From Spirogloea muscicola (taxonomy: Eukaryota), in NCBI GenBank assembly GCA_009602725.1, contig WELB01000003.1, forward strand, positions 156,264-220,263: a stretch of 64,000 nt of DNA. Reading direction: 5' to 3'. Position 1 is the first letter of the stretch; the number at the start of each line of letters is the position of its first letter. This document shows, piece after piece, positions 15,589 to 30,066 of the stretch. The notes below the pieces were generated by a model, which saw only the letters and a program-made list of their open reading frames with translations, had not been told where the DNA came from and did no database searches. Position numbers and translations under genes: made by a program.

Positions 15589-17229
15589 TGTCAAAGAGGC
15601 ACAAACAGCCACCAATATAGGTGGCATTCTGGTGGTTTGTACTGCTTCTCTGCAGTCGCCTTATTGCTTTGTCTACATGCTTTGCTCTTTTGCCCACGTT
15701 CATTCAGGTTACTGTGCAGCACATTCGTTGATTTCTGAGAGATTGCCTCAAGTAAGAGTAGCTCTCAGCTTCAATACTTCAGTCAACCTAGCTGCCTGCA
15801 TTCATAGATATTTGCTAGTCTTGCAGGTTAGCTATTGTATCACAACATTGGAAATAGACAATGTTCATTATTGATGAAGCCCAATGGGCAAATCTATGTA
15901 GCTGCCAGAGCTTGCTACCAGATTGGGTTGGTGCATTAGATATGTACTGAAGAACCTGTGCATTGACTAGAAACAGTCAAGACCAGACTCGAAAACGCGA
16001 CAAGGAAATGTGGAGGAGCCAAAGTAGCATGTAGGTGATGGCCTGGCCACTACCTGGTATCTGCATCCTGGTTGTCTGATCCAGTTTGTGGAGTGTTCTG
16101 AGCTGGGCTTGGTACTAAAAGCATACATTGCCAAACACAGCAACCGACAGAAGCTTTCAGTAGCTTTCAGCAACACCTGATTGTAGAGCTCCCATGAAGC
16201 GAGTGCAGGGCTACACGTTGCCGGTCCATTCAAGTGATGTCCACTTTTTCTGGGCTGTTCTACTTTATCGTTTTGGAAGAGCTTCTTCTTGGCCAAAATA
16301 AGCAAGCGTATGCGTGAGGTGCCAAATGCCTTTTCAGAAGCTTCCAACGTAAAAATCTACTCCCCTTTCCCTCCCGGTCCTCCACAGGTCTGCGCTTGTA
16401 CTGTGAGGAACGGCTGTCATATAGCTGCTCGTGCTAGTGAATTAGCTACTGTGCATTGTCGGAGCTTGACACAATGTAGCAACTTGGTGCCCACAACTTG
16501 GACGCTCTGCCGTGCCGCTATGCTTTCACCCAGTATCCGCAGCCCCTCTCAGCCTTGGGTTGCATTACTCGAGGTCTAGATTGGTTGACATTTTGCAGGT
16601 TATGTCTTATGGAACAAGCAAACATGAGAACGTGCATCTAGCGTGAACACAGTGTTAGCTCGGTCGGCCTTCCTAACCTATCATGCTCATTCTCTTGGTG
16701 TGGCCTCTCACAACCCCAAACCTCCTGGGAGAGCTGCTTCTCTTTTCTCACAAACAGTGTACAGGCTTCATCTGGCCTCCCTTTCGTTCCATCCGCGCGC
16801 CTTCTCCTTCTTCCACGTCCACCGATGCTCCATGTCTAGTTGCGCACAACTTCGATGGGCCACCATCAAAAATCAAGTAGTGAAGACTGAGAAACGAATT
16901 TAGTCTTCCACTACAGCAGTTGCACTGGCCATAAGTAGCAGTCACAGTAGCTCCTCAAAATTTCATTTGTAGATAGCGTAGTAGCAAGTTAGCAAGGCCA
17001 GGTGTAGCACATTTTGGTAGCGCATCTGTTATTTTGGTAGCGCATCTGTTGGATGCCCTGCTCTTCATTTGGGACTGTCTTTACCAGAATTTAGTATTAT
17101 CCGTAGTCTCTACGAGTATAAACCTCCTTTGCACATTATTAAGCCGCAGATAGGATGAACAAGAATCAACATTGCTTGTTAGTAGGGCTAGATGGCTAGA
17201 GAAAGAGAAATAGACGGTCATAGGAGAGG

Positions 17230-17920
17230 GGCGGTAGTTGGGAGAGGCCAGCCCAGAAGGGGCTTGCCCGTCACTGATAGAGGGCCTGAGTGGCCAAGTA
17301 CAGAGGCAAGCACATTGACAGATGAACATCACCTGCCGCCAAAGCTAAGGGGGCGAGGGCTGTGAAAAGCCAGCCACTATAGAGAAGGGAGCATGTCCGA
17401 AGGGGCCGAAAAGGCGCTGAGAGACACGAAGGGGCCGAAAAGGCGCTGAAAGACACGACTAGAAACGACCCCGTTTATATGGGAACCTTGTCCATTCCTT
17501 TTGGGCTGGCCTCTCCCAGCCACCAGTTAATCTGGCCGCGCTTGCTCTTTTGGGCTGGCCTCTCCCAGCGGGGATAGTTTTCCGGCAGCTAGTCTGTCGG
17601 ATGTGAAGCTCCTCACTCGTAACTACTGAGTGGTCCATCCTCCCCCCGTTCTGCCATAGCCTCTTCAGGCCCCGCAGTCGCTGCTTAGCTCGTACTTTGG
17701 CCCCTTCGAACCTTGTCAATTCTTTTCGGGCTGGCTTCTCACAGCCCTTGCCCCCATTGGGAGAGCCACTTCTTCTTCAGGCCCCGCAGTCGCTGCTTAG
17801 CTCGTAGTTTGGCCTTTTCGAACCTTGTCAATTCTTTTCGGGCTGGCTTCTCACAGCCCTTGCCCCCATTGGGAGAGCCACTTCTTCCCAGCTACCAGTT
17901 AATCTGGCCGCGCTTGCTTA
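17230..17920. repeat. Cluster of R1-related modules, including a ~112-bp direct duplication (17663-17773 / 17775-17886)
   Basis: R1 core at 17484-17548, inverted core at about 17238-17260, CGAAGGGGCCGAAAAGGCGCTGA x2. Module 17272-17328 matches 50385-50441 in reverse. Confidence 0.85.
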
Positions 17921-18061
17921 TCTATATGGTGGACCAGAAGAGTACGCGGCTGGCGAGATGAGACGGCGCTGGCGGCGACGGCGGCGCCCCGGTGGCTGCA
18001 GCGAAGACGACGGGCACCGCCAGCGAGCTGCGTGTGCACATGGGGCGCAGTGGTCGGTCGC

Positions 18062-18122
18062 CGCGTGGCAGCGCCGCGAAGCGTCCGGCGCAACACGTGG
18101 CGCCTCGGGTGGCACCACGTGG
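18062..18122 (+). promoter_or_regulatory. ABRE/G-box cluster upstream of the LTI65-like gene
   Basis: CGCGTGGC (18062), CACGTGGC (18094), CCACGTGG (18115), about 230-290 nt before the ATG at 18348. Confidence 0.5.
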
Positions 18123-18347
18123 AGGCTTCGGTGACGCGGCACTCCGAGGACTCTGGACGGGGGGGGGGGGGGGGGGGGNAGCCGCGCCTTCTCTGACTTC
18201 AGGCATCTGCTTCCTCTGCGCCGTGCCTGCAAGCCCGCCGCCCTCCTCCGGCCGCCGCGCCCGCCGCCCCGCACGCCGCCGCGCGCGCCGCGAATTGCGG
18301 GGAAAGGCGTCGCTGTCTGCCGGCCGGGAGGCGCCGACGTTGCCCCG

Positions 18348-21300
18348 ATGAGGTCCAGCGAGGAGCAGCGCCTGGCGGGCGGCCGCCCGTCGCCTGTCGA
18401 GCTCGCCGAGGGCGCTGGCCTGCACACGTACGCCGCCGGCAACACGCAAGGTGCGCGCCCCGCCGTTGCCCCCTCGCCGCGGAAGCTCAGTGGCCGTTTG
18501 CTGCTTCTGTGAGTTCCTGGTTGCGCCTTTGTGCTGCTGCCCCTGGTCTGGTCCTCATGCGTGTTTGCGCGATCTCTGCCTCGTGGCCTTGCGCAGAGCA
18601 CCCCGTCAAGTCGCTGCTCCACGGCCACCAGGCCGACGAGGTTCCGGCGACGGAGATGGAGCGGAAGGGCATCCACGACGACTATGTGGCTCCCGACGAG
18701 GAGGAGGAGGAGCATCCCTCCAAGGCAGGGGGCATGGTCGGGAAGCTCAAGGCCAAGGCCAACAAGATCAAGGGCAAGGCCACCGCAATGCTCGATAAGC
18801 TGACGCACAAGAAGGACCACGGCGATGCCGACACAAGCTCCGGCTCGCCCCTACCGGCAGATGACCTCACCGGTGCAGCGGCGAGCCAGACAGGGCCAGG
18901 TGTCGACGATTACAGCACCAAGACGGGCACGCAGGTCCTTGTCCACTCGCAGACTGGGGTCAGTACAGCTTGTATGATAGCCCTGCACTTGAGACCGTTG
19001 TCATCACTTTCTGGGTCTCAGTGTGCAAGTTCTACACTTTCTTTTTGTTGTCCAGGTCCTTCAGCATTGCTTTCCTCACAGAGCCCATCTGACGCAGTCT
19101 TTCTGTGGCGCCCAATACACCTGATCAACAGACCCCTTTGGTGGGAGTGGTCAGCGAGGGCTCTGTTGCCACGCCCCTTGTGCCCCTCGGCAATGCTCCA
19201 ATTGACTTCCCGCCAGCTGATGTGGATGCCGTGACCGGTAAGGACGAGAAGACTGCCGTGGACCGGGCCACGGCTGGCACGCCTCGCAAGTATGGTGTGT
19301 CGGCTGTGAAACCCCAGTCGTCTAGCAACACCGCGTTCACCAGTGGCCCCTCAGTTGGTGGTGAGCCCTACTGACACCTTCCCGCAATGGACGAGAAGCC
19401 AATGTGTTGCATTGTCGTGGCTTACCGCACCCCAGCTTAGCCACTTGGTCCATCGCTTTGACTACGATTCCTTGCGTCTCGCATACTCGTTAGGCAACAT
19501 CTTGTTCACCTAGTGTCCTCGAGAGGTACAACGACTTGTCAAGTTTACCGGAGAGTATCTGATTCTGATCACAGTTGACACCTTGAGCGGCAAGGCAGCC
19601 TGGCCTTCTGACCAGCGGCTCATGTGTGCGCCTTGCTTGTCAGAACTGGCCAAGAACCTTTCTGAACCCAGGACCTTGCCTGACACGGGCGGGATGGCTG
19701 CAGGACTTGCTCTTGGCACCACGCTCAGCAAGGACGCGCAGCCGGCGACCGTTAACTCGGCGACAGGAGAGTTTGACCGCACGCAGCTGCAGCAGGGGGG
19801 CTTTGACATGCGCCAGGACGCTGCGAGCACCAACTCGTCCGCCGCTCAAGGCGCTCCTCCCGGAACCATTGTTGACACTGGTAATTACTACTCAAGTTCT
19901 GTTGATTGTGCCCGTGCTAGGACAGACGGCACCAGGACGGCGCTGGTCACTATCAGTCTCATTTTTAAAGCTGGTTTCTGATGAACTTGTAGTGTGCATC
20001 TGCAGGTTTTGGCAGCTTTACTCAGCCTGAAGGTGGAGCCAACAAAGGCACTGCGCCCCTGACAGGTGGGGCGCTTGCATCAGGCGTGTACGGCGCATCG
20101 GAGGCGACCGGGGCGTACAAGCCAGGCGCCTATGGCAGTACAGCTGAGGCATCGACAGTGGGTGCCACGTATGCACCTGGCAGCTATGGTGCAACCGGCG
20201 CGGCATATGAACCAACCACTTACGGGAGCACAACTGGCGCGGAGTCTGCAGCAGGCGACTATGGCACTACGCTCAGGGCACCTCCAATGGCCGTCACGTA
20301 TGCCTCTGACAGCTATGGTGCGGGTGGGGCACTTGCACCAGGCGGCTATGGCACTACAACGGGGGCATCTCCAGAGGCCACCACGTATGCATATGGCGTC
20401 TATGGCGTCCCGGGCGGGGCCCTGGCACCAGGCAGCTATGATAGTACAACGGGCGCAGAGCCTGTGCTAGTCGACTATGGCACTACAACTGTCGCAACGT
20501 TTGCACCAGGCAACTATGACTCTGCGACCGGCGCAGACCTTACCGGCGGAGCCTTTGCGCCTGGCGGAGGCATTGGTGCTACCGACAGTCAGGGAGATGT
20601 GGACGACTTCCAGAAAGCCTATGTGCTGACGGGCGGCAGCTTTGGTTCAGACAACCGGCTGGCATCGGAGGGTTCCGAGCGTTTTGCCACTGCAGCTGGG
20701 GGCTTGGGCGGTGGCGCAGGACAGCATGGAGACAACGCCGCTGGTCGCCAAATCAAGCAACTTTGCTTCGCTGGAGGGAGGCGCAGATGCCAGAGTTGTT
20801 GACATGCCGCCTCGTGACGTTGCTGGCAGTGCCGTCATGGACTCTGGAATTGGCAGCGAGAAGCTGGGCCAGGACGTATTCCAGACCACAGGTCAGAACA
20901 CAGATGCTTACGACTCTTCAGCTGCAGCTGCTGGCGGCGCTTTCACAAATGCCTCCACGTTTGGCTTGCCAGCGGCCGCCTATGATAGCCCCGTGCCCAT
21001 TACACCCCAGAACTCATACCTTGCCCCAAGTGACAAAGAGATGGCAGCCACTGTTGCTCGCGGCTTAGGCATGTCAACAGTGAGACCCGAACAGATGAAG
21101 ATGCCAGATCAAAGCTCAGACACAGACCGACTGGATGAGCGCTTGTTTGCTCCTCCAGGGGTGGACACGGCGATTCCTCTCGAGGTTGAGGGCCAAGCAG
21201 GAGGGCCAGGCATGGCCACGCAGGAGGTGGACACCTCGTATGAAGGTCTGGGCGTGGGGCTGAAAGATGAGGTGCCAACCGCATATGCGCCGGTCGACCA

Positions 21301-23059
21301 GGAGAGTGCGTCAGACCTGACAGCATTGGATGCTGGCAGGCGCTTTGCCACAGACCGGACGCTTCCCGGGCCCCTGGATGTGAAGCTGCAGCAGGGTGCC
21401 AAGGAGCGGCTGGACGATACCGTGGATGTTGGCAACGTTGTGGACGCAACCCCCGATAGTGAAGCTTTGGTAGAGGGTGAGGACAGTCAGGTGCCAGCTG
21501 TCGACTACCAAGAGGATATCTCCACTGGCTCAGGCTCTGAGCAGGCTCAGCCACGGTCATCAATACTGGGCTCAGTTGCCTGGGCTGCTGGCGCCGGGTT
21601 TGGGGTGGTTGGTGGAGCTGTGACGGCAGCTGCCAGCAAGATTTCGCAGGCCACTCAGAGGAGCCCTAAAGTGGCGTCAACCACGCCAGATGAAGAGACG
21701 ATGCAGCAAAGCAATATTGGAGGTGCTGATGTGACAGGTAAGTGGCCAGAACATGGTTGTTGATTCCCTGACACTGTGCAGTTCGTACTTGATTCTTGGT
21801 CATCCCTACCTTGTATAGCAGTGACATGTGATCCTGACTTATACAACCTGAATCCACTGTAGGCTGTATTTTGTCAATTCTCTACATTTCTCTATGTTTC
21901 AGCAACTCCTTTATCCTGTTTGACATATTGTTACTGTGTTCAACAGATGATTTGACTGCAAGCACCCTGATGCAGCCTGATGTGACACGTAGCAATGACA
22001 CAGTTGGAGTTGAGACGGGTGTCTACAGCTCTGCCAACCTGGGCACAATGCAGGATGCTGAGGAGGGTGTCATCAGCAAGAGCCTGACTGAGGAGGAAAG
22101 TGGTCAAGGTGGGGACAATCTGAGCAGGCCAGCTGTGAATGTATATACCTTAGGGACTCAGCCAATTGCGAGTCAATTCTACAGCGACGACCTGGAGAGG
22201 AAGCTTGAGAAGGTACCGCAGGAGCCGCTGAAAGATCAGGTGGATGTTGGCACCGTCATCGTCGAGGCACCCAAGACGGTATATTCGGCTGTGCCCGAGC
22301 AGGAGGTGGACTTGAGCACCGAGAAATCGCAGGTGGTCTCAGTGCCAGAGGAGAGTGTAGAGGACTTGGCCTTTGAGTCCAGCGAGCAGCCAGGTGCAAC
22401 CAGCTCAACTGGGCAACAGCGCGGCGAGGGACCCTCGCTGCTGGGCGTGCTGGCCAAGACTGCAGGTGGTGGCTTGGGCCTGGCGGTTGGGGCTGTGACA
22501 GGGGTTGTGGAGACACTGTCGTATGTGTACAAACCAAAGGGCGATGCAGAGTCGGCGGCCATTCCTGAAGCTGTATTGGCAGATGACACTGCAGTTGAAG
22601 CATCCTTGCAGGGTACCTCGGAGGCCTTACCTCCTTTTGTTGAAACCGACTTAACGCCAACAAGTGCACCAGCAACTCAGTCTGCAGCTGCTAGTGAGTA
22701 CCAATATGGCCGTACAGCGGCTGGAGCTCTCTCTGGGCTGGATAGTACGATTGATCAGTCGCAGCAAGGTGAGTCTGACACTCGAATGCCCACATGTACA
22801 AGTCTCAAAGCTTTTGGAGGATTCATGAGCATGGGTCATCATCCTTCCTGCCTGATGGCCAAGTTGAGTTGATACGTGTGCTATGAATGTATAGACCGTC
22901 TCCACACGCAACATGATATTTGGAGGTGCTAATATAATGTCTACATAATTTTTCATGGTTGCAGGTGTGTCAAGGCCTGGAGGAAAGTTGCTGAAAGAGT
23001 ACGAATTGAGTGGAGATGAGCGTACGGTTGACGAAGTGCGGGGGCACTCTAATGTATAA
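18348..23059 (+). CDS. Large hydrophilic/disordered protein, tentatively LTI65/RD29(CAP160)-like; apparent frame breaks, so possibly a degenerating copy
   Basis: Acidic run then GMVGKLKAKANKIKGKA...LTHKKDHG, similar to the LTI65/78 N-terminal motif. Gly/Tyr/Thr repeats and two SxLG...GAVT amphipathic repeats. Last exon ends GHSNV*. Confidence 0.55.
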
Positions 23060-23541
23060 ATTACGAGTTGCAAGAGTCTATGCTTGCTTATGATGACCAG
23101 TAGATTTGCATGCAGGCTGCAGCCGTGCACTCCCTCTTTTGGGTTGGCATAGAGCTTTACCCAAGACTTAATTATTTGAACACTCCTTTACTCAATACAT
23201 TAACAAAGTTTGAGTGTTCAAATACCAGGAATTTATAAAGTAATTGCACCCAACATCTGCCAGGCGAACATCTTCAGATTTCATGCTTTATTTGTAATCT
23301 GCTGATGGCTACAGACTGAGTAGCTTTACCATGGGTCTTGTATTTTCGTCGTTTTTTAAGCTACCTTTGACATATAGATTACTCCCATGTGACTGCATGG
23401 GTCTTGTCTTGTTGCATATTGGTGCAACTAGTTTTGACATGTAAACTACTGCAAAATAACTGCAAGGTAATGGTCGATTCTGAATAGATGGAAGCTCTCC
23501 ATATCAGTACAAGCCCAAAAGAAATACTACCCACACCACAT

Positions 23542-25483
23542 TTATTGCCCAACTAGGGCAGAGTTGTCATCCTCTCGGATGTGAAGTAAAGCTTGCGGGT
23601 GGAGACCAGCATCCTCAAGTGTAGTGCCTAGTGTATCGGGACCAAACATTTTCTTGGGGAATGGGGTGAACAATGTGTAGTGCACCACTGCCACCTGACC
23701 TACTGAGTCGACATAGTCGTATACACTCTGCAAGGTTGCATTACTCCAGAACCGGCGGCTCAGCCGCTCGCTTGTGGGCAAACGCACAACTACCTGCAGC
23801 GTGGGAAGCAGCCGATGAGTAAGGGACAATCAATATTTTGACCGCCTGACTCGAAAACCAACAGCCAGATTGTATAAATTTCTTATGAAGATGAGGCACA
23901 CAGTGCACGCCAGGTTGGAGATGTACGGCAATCAGGCACCCGGCTGGCAAGCGTTGTCTGTCGTCGCTCAGAAAGGCAAGTGGGGCCGTGCACTTGCCTG
24001 AGTGACTCCAGGCCCCTTGTCAGGCTCCTCGCCCACAGCAGCCGCCCCCTGGCGCCGCCGCTGCTCTAGCAGTGCCTGTCGCTCTGCTGCAGCTGCAGAA
24101 GCCGCACGCGCTGCCTCCTCCTCCATGCGCTTCTTCTGCATGAATTCCTCCTCTGCCAGCCGCTGCCTGCTCAGCTCCTCCTCCTGCCGCCGCTCACGCT
24201 CCTGCTAGCAAACGGTCCGCCGACACATCACTTACTTTCACTCAGCAACTGCAGACAGACACGATGAAGCTGCCCAAAAGAAGCAATCACGAGGCAGACT
24301 TGGGGTCTGTAGCACAAGCCGACCTGGTCAGCCTGGAGGGCAGCACGGTAGGCAGCGTCTTGCTCCTGTCGGAGACGGCGGCTGAGCGCTCGGTCCTCCT
24401 CCTCGGTGCGTGCCGCAACCAGCATCGCGCCGTGTTCGTCCAGAACGCGCCGCAGCACTGCCAGGAGCTCGCCAGGGCCCACAGGGCCTTCGATCTGCGT
24501 CGACAGCGGCAAAGGCATGGGTGTCAGCCGCCATGAGTGCTGAGCCCGGGCGCCAAATGGAGGCCAATGGTCACCAGAGTGACCGCGCCGCTTGCGATGC
24601 TCCACCAAGTGCACCTGCTGCAGCAGCGCAACGCGCTGGTTGCTCGAGCCGGTGACGACAGCGCAGTACGGGAAGGTGGACGCCTTGAGCGAGTTGCTCA
24701 TCTGGAAGCCCTCGGGGCTGCGGACATCGGAGCCCCAGCAGACGAAGTTGGCGCGCAGGAAGTCGGCGACGGCCGGCGCCGCGAGTGTGCCGGCGCAGAA
24801 GACGGGCGTGGCGGCGTGGTCGGGCGAGTGCAGGTACACGAAGAGGAAGCGGAAGGCGGCGCCGGCGTGCCGCACAGCGTCCATGAAGCCCGCGTCGACA
24901 AAGTCGGGGTGCACGGGGCCATGGGCGGCCTCCAGGCGCCGCAGGAAGAGCGCGGCCTCTGAGAGCGGCGCATGGTCATGACCGCCGCCGGCGTGCGGCG
25001 AGGTGCCCAGGTCGCCCAGGCGGGCGCCGGCGCCGCCGCCGGCGGCCCAGGCGGCCAGCGAAGCCAGCGCCNNNNNNNNNNNNNNNNNNNNNNNNNNNNN
25101 NNNNNNNNNNNNNNNNNNNNNNNNNNNNNNNNNNNNNNNNNNNNNNNNNNNNNNNNNNNNNNNNNNNNNNNNNNNNNNNNNNNNNNNNNNNNNNNNNNNN
25201 NNNNNNNNNNNNNNNNNNNNNNNNNNNNNNNNNNNNNNNNNNNNNNNNNNNNNNNNNNNNNNNNNNNNNNNNNNNNNNNNNNNNNNNNNNNNNNNNNNNN
25301 NNNNNNNNNNNNNNNNNNNNNNNNNNNNNNNNNNNNNNNNNNNNNNNNNNNNNNNNNNNNNNNNNNNNNNNNNNNNNNNNNNNNNNNNNNNNNNNNNNNN
25401 NNNNNNNNNNNNNNNNCGCCGCCGCCGCCACCGCCGCCCTCGCCGTCGCCGCCAGCCCACTCCCGCGCCCCGGGCGCCGCCAT
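23542..25483 (-). CDS. PUX10: Plant UBX-domain protein, PUX10/FAF2-like (UAS + coiled coil + UBX); part of exon 1 in N gap
   Basis: FLFVYLHSPDH, FQMSNSLKASTFPYCAVV, RRLRQEQDAAYRAALQADQ, EPDKGPGVTQ|VVVRLP, RRF, FP, LEDAGLHPQALL. Confidence 0.9.
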
Positions 25484-26046
25484 GGAGCTCGCGTTCAGCT
25501 TGCGCTCGCCGCGCTCAGAGCTCCGGCCTCGACAGCCTGAGCACACGTCCGCTCGACCGGCTCTCGCGCCCGCGAGCCGCCGCCGCCGCCGCCACCAAGG
25601 CCAGGGGAGGAGCGGCAGCGGCGACGGCTCGGGGGGGGAGGGGGGGCCGGCAGTCACTCCCGCTAACTGCGGGTCTTCGAGCTTAACCTCCCGATCGGGG
25701 GTTAAGCTCGGGGCCGGACCCCGTTTGCCTGCCCGACACTGGGCCAGACGGCCCTCGATCCGTGTGTGGCCGACCCTCGGCCCCGGCCCGACGATTCCGG
25801 ACCGGCGATCGTCGGCCGCCGCGGTTGTCCACGCGATGGGTTGCGGTTAGGCCCCGGTTACCCACACAACACCCCCCGCAGCAGGCGCCGCCACTTGCGG
25901 GCGAGCGCGCCACGTGGCGTGAGCCCTCGCGCCGCCTCGCCGCCGCCCCCGGCAAACCCCTCGGCTGTGTTTAGGATTAGGGTTAAGAATTTAGGGTGTA
26001 GGGCTGAGGGCCACGGGCCGGACCTCTGCCGTCAGCGTTTCTCCCC
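25484..26046. promoter_or_regulatory. Bidirectional promoter between PUX10 and SLD5 with a 33-bp near-palindrome, a G-box and telo-box-like motifs
   Basis: ATGs diverge 563 nt apart. Palindrome 25678-25710, CGCCACGTGGCG 25908-25919, TTAGGG-like run 25970-26003. Confidence 0.55.
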
Positions 26047-27422
26047 ATGGCCAGCGCCGGCGGCGCCACTGCGGCGGCGGCGGCGGCGGCGGCGGCGGAG
26101 GAAGAGGAGGCTGAGGAGGATATAGTGGGCGAGCCCGCGCAGCCGCCGGCGGCGGCGGCAGAGCCGGCCGTGGCGCGTCTGGCGCGCGCCTGGCGCAACG
26201 AGAAGGCAGCCCCCGAGATCCTGCGCTACGACGCCGACGTCGTGGCGCGCCTGCGCTTGCAGCTCCAAGCCCAGGTTGGTGCGCCGCGACCGCCGCCCTC
26301 GCCGCCGCTGCACGCGCCGCCGCTGCCGCGGAGGGCGCCTGAGGATGGAGCCGGTGGCGCCACCGCGCCGCGACCGCCCAGGAAGAGGTGATGGCGACGC
26401 TGGCCGGCGACCCTGCGCGCGAGCTGGAGCTCAAGATGTACCGCCTGGACGCGGACCGCGCGCAGTTCCTTCTCCGCTCCTACCTGCGCACGCGCCTCCT
26501 CAAGGTCGCCGCAGGCATCGCCGCGGCGGCGGCTTGTCCAGTGTGGCTGCTGCTGGCGCAGTACCGGCTCGCCTGGCTACGCTGCTGCTTGGTTGTGCAC
26601 TTTGGCATCGGGGCGTTGAGTTTTTGCTTCCAGCTGAGACCTTGCATGCGGCTGGGGGCGGCAGATTGAGCGGCACAACCTGTCTGTCCTGGCGGACGCA
26701 ACCGCGCACGACCGCCTGTCAGACGACGAGAAGCTCTACACCGAAGGGTCAGTGCGCAGCGTCGCAGGCGGCTGAGCTGGCTTGAGCACCGACGCCACGG
26801 CCTTCAGACTTGCCACGCCGGCTGACGCTGCGCGTGGGCACGACCTGCAGCTATGCAAAGGTCGTCCAGAAGCACCTGGAGGGCGCCGTGCTCGACCGCA
26901 TGCCGGACAAGTACAAGACCATGCTTAAGCAGTCTGAGACTAGCGAGCGGCACGATATGAGTGAGTTCTTCCTTGCTATCATGCACCATGTCCTGCACCC
27001 CATTGGGCAAGGACGTCCTGAAGGAGCACTCTCATACTCTCGCCCTCCTAATTTGCAGCTAATGGACAGAACTCTGGCTCTGCTACCTGCGGCTGCAGTT
27101 GTCGAGCCGCCTGTCGACGACTTCGTAGTCTGCCGCATCAAGGAGCACATTGGCCAAGTCGAGCTGGACAGCGTGTAAGTTGCAGTTCCCTCTCGTGCTG
27201 TGCCGAGTGCCTCAATCCTTTCAGTGCTTCGACAGCAGTGCAGCTGGCTGCACACCCGACAGCACCGCAGCGAACCCTCACCTTAGTGTTCTTCGCCCTG
27301 CTCTCTGTTGGGCCCTGAGCAGCGAGGAGGAATCTATCGACCTGGCTCAAGACGACCTCTTCATCCTACGCTACCGGCCAGTGCGGGCACTCCTTGCGGC
27401 TGGCAAAATCGAGCTTATCTGA
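26047..27422 (+). CDS. SLD5: DNA replication GINS complex subunit SLD5 (6 exons)
   Basis: LARAWRNEKAAPEILRY, YRLDADRAQFLLRSYLRTRLLK|IERH, EPPVDDFVVCR, DLFILRYRPVRALLAAGKIELI*. Confidence 0.95.
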
Positions 27423-27557
27423 TCCAGTCCAGGATCTGGTGTTCATATCTTGCTCATCCTATCCTGAACAGTCTCGATCTGAGACTGTCCACAATGCTGT
27501 GAGCCGTGGATTGGCATGGTCAGCCTTTGTCAGCCAGCGCCCTGATGGCCATCATGG

Positions 27558-29265
<1,708 letters not shown>

Positions 29266-29577
29266 GTCGGGGGCGGGCCTGGGCAGGAGGAACTGGAGTT
29301 GGGGAGGAGGGAGGTGAGGCTGGGGCCGGGGGCCGCCTCCCTCCTCCCCGCCGGCCAGCCCCTCATTGGCCGCCCCCCGGGCCCAGCTCCGCCTCAGCGG
29401 GGGGCTCCGCGGACGCGGGTTCGAACCCCCCCCGGGCCCCCTCCGGCGGCTAGTTTTTCTGCCTCGCGGCTGCTAACTCGAGGTTACTGCAAAAGTTGTT
29501 ATCGGACATGGTACTTGCCAAGCCATGTGTGCTCCAGCGCATTTCGGCGCCTTTGGATCTTGGCAATTCTTCTTTCC

Positions 29578-30066
29578 GATTTGCATCTACTGACTAGAGG
29601 TTACTGAGAGTCCCCTTGCTGCCGTCTTAGCACTTGGTACCTTGCTTTCTGCGCCATCCGGCTCCTTCAGACCTTGTCCATCCCGTTGGGCTTGCCTCTC
29701 ACAGCCACCAGTCAATTGGGCCGCGCTTTCCTCTTTGGACTGACTTTTCACAGCCCTCGCCCCCTTCGGAAGAATCGCCTTTGGTTCTTGCGTGCCGTTC
29801 GGCTGGCATTTCATAGCCATGGCCTTTCTTCGACAGCCAACGCCATCCCGATGGAATGGCTTCGTTCCTGTGACACTTCTCTGGCTGCAAGCAACTCTGA
29901 CTTGCGGCTGCTGAACATGGTCGGGGCTCTTCTTCTGCTTGACCGGGTTTTCGAGCATCCGTTCGTCATCGCCACATGTGTAGGTGTGTAGTTTAGCACT
30001 TTCCTGGCCCTCCGGACCTTGTCCATTCTCTTTTGAGCTGGCTTTTCACAGCCATTCCCCCCCTTC
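29578..30066 (+). repeat. R1 repeat copy (29578-29730) followed by shorter related modules
   Basis: GATTTGCATCTACTGACTAGAGGTTACTGAGAG...GACCTTGTCCAT...; further modules at about 29735-29767 and 30005-30065. Confidence 0.85.

Noticed and set aside
15872..15949. Box C/D-like TGATGA...CTGA spacing
   Set aside because: No terminal stem and no recognisable rRNA-complementary guide.
16643..16903. WATIKNQV resembling a Tc1/DDE transposase motif
   Set aside because: The preceding NPIE motif and other catalytic motifs are absent; likely chance.
20065..20570. Ice-nucleation-protein similarity (YGST)
   Set aside because: Lacks the strict 8/16-residue AGYGSTxT periodicity.
29379..29440. tRNA-like T-arm GGGTTCGAACCC
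   Set aside because: Too short, with no D arm or anticodon arm; no cloverleaf.
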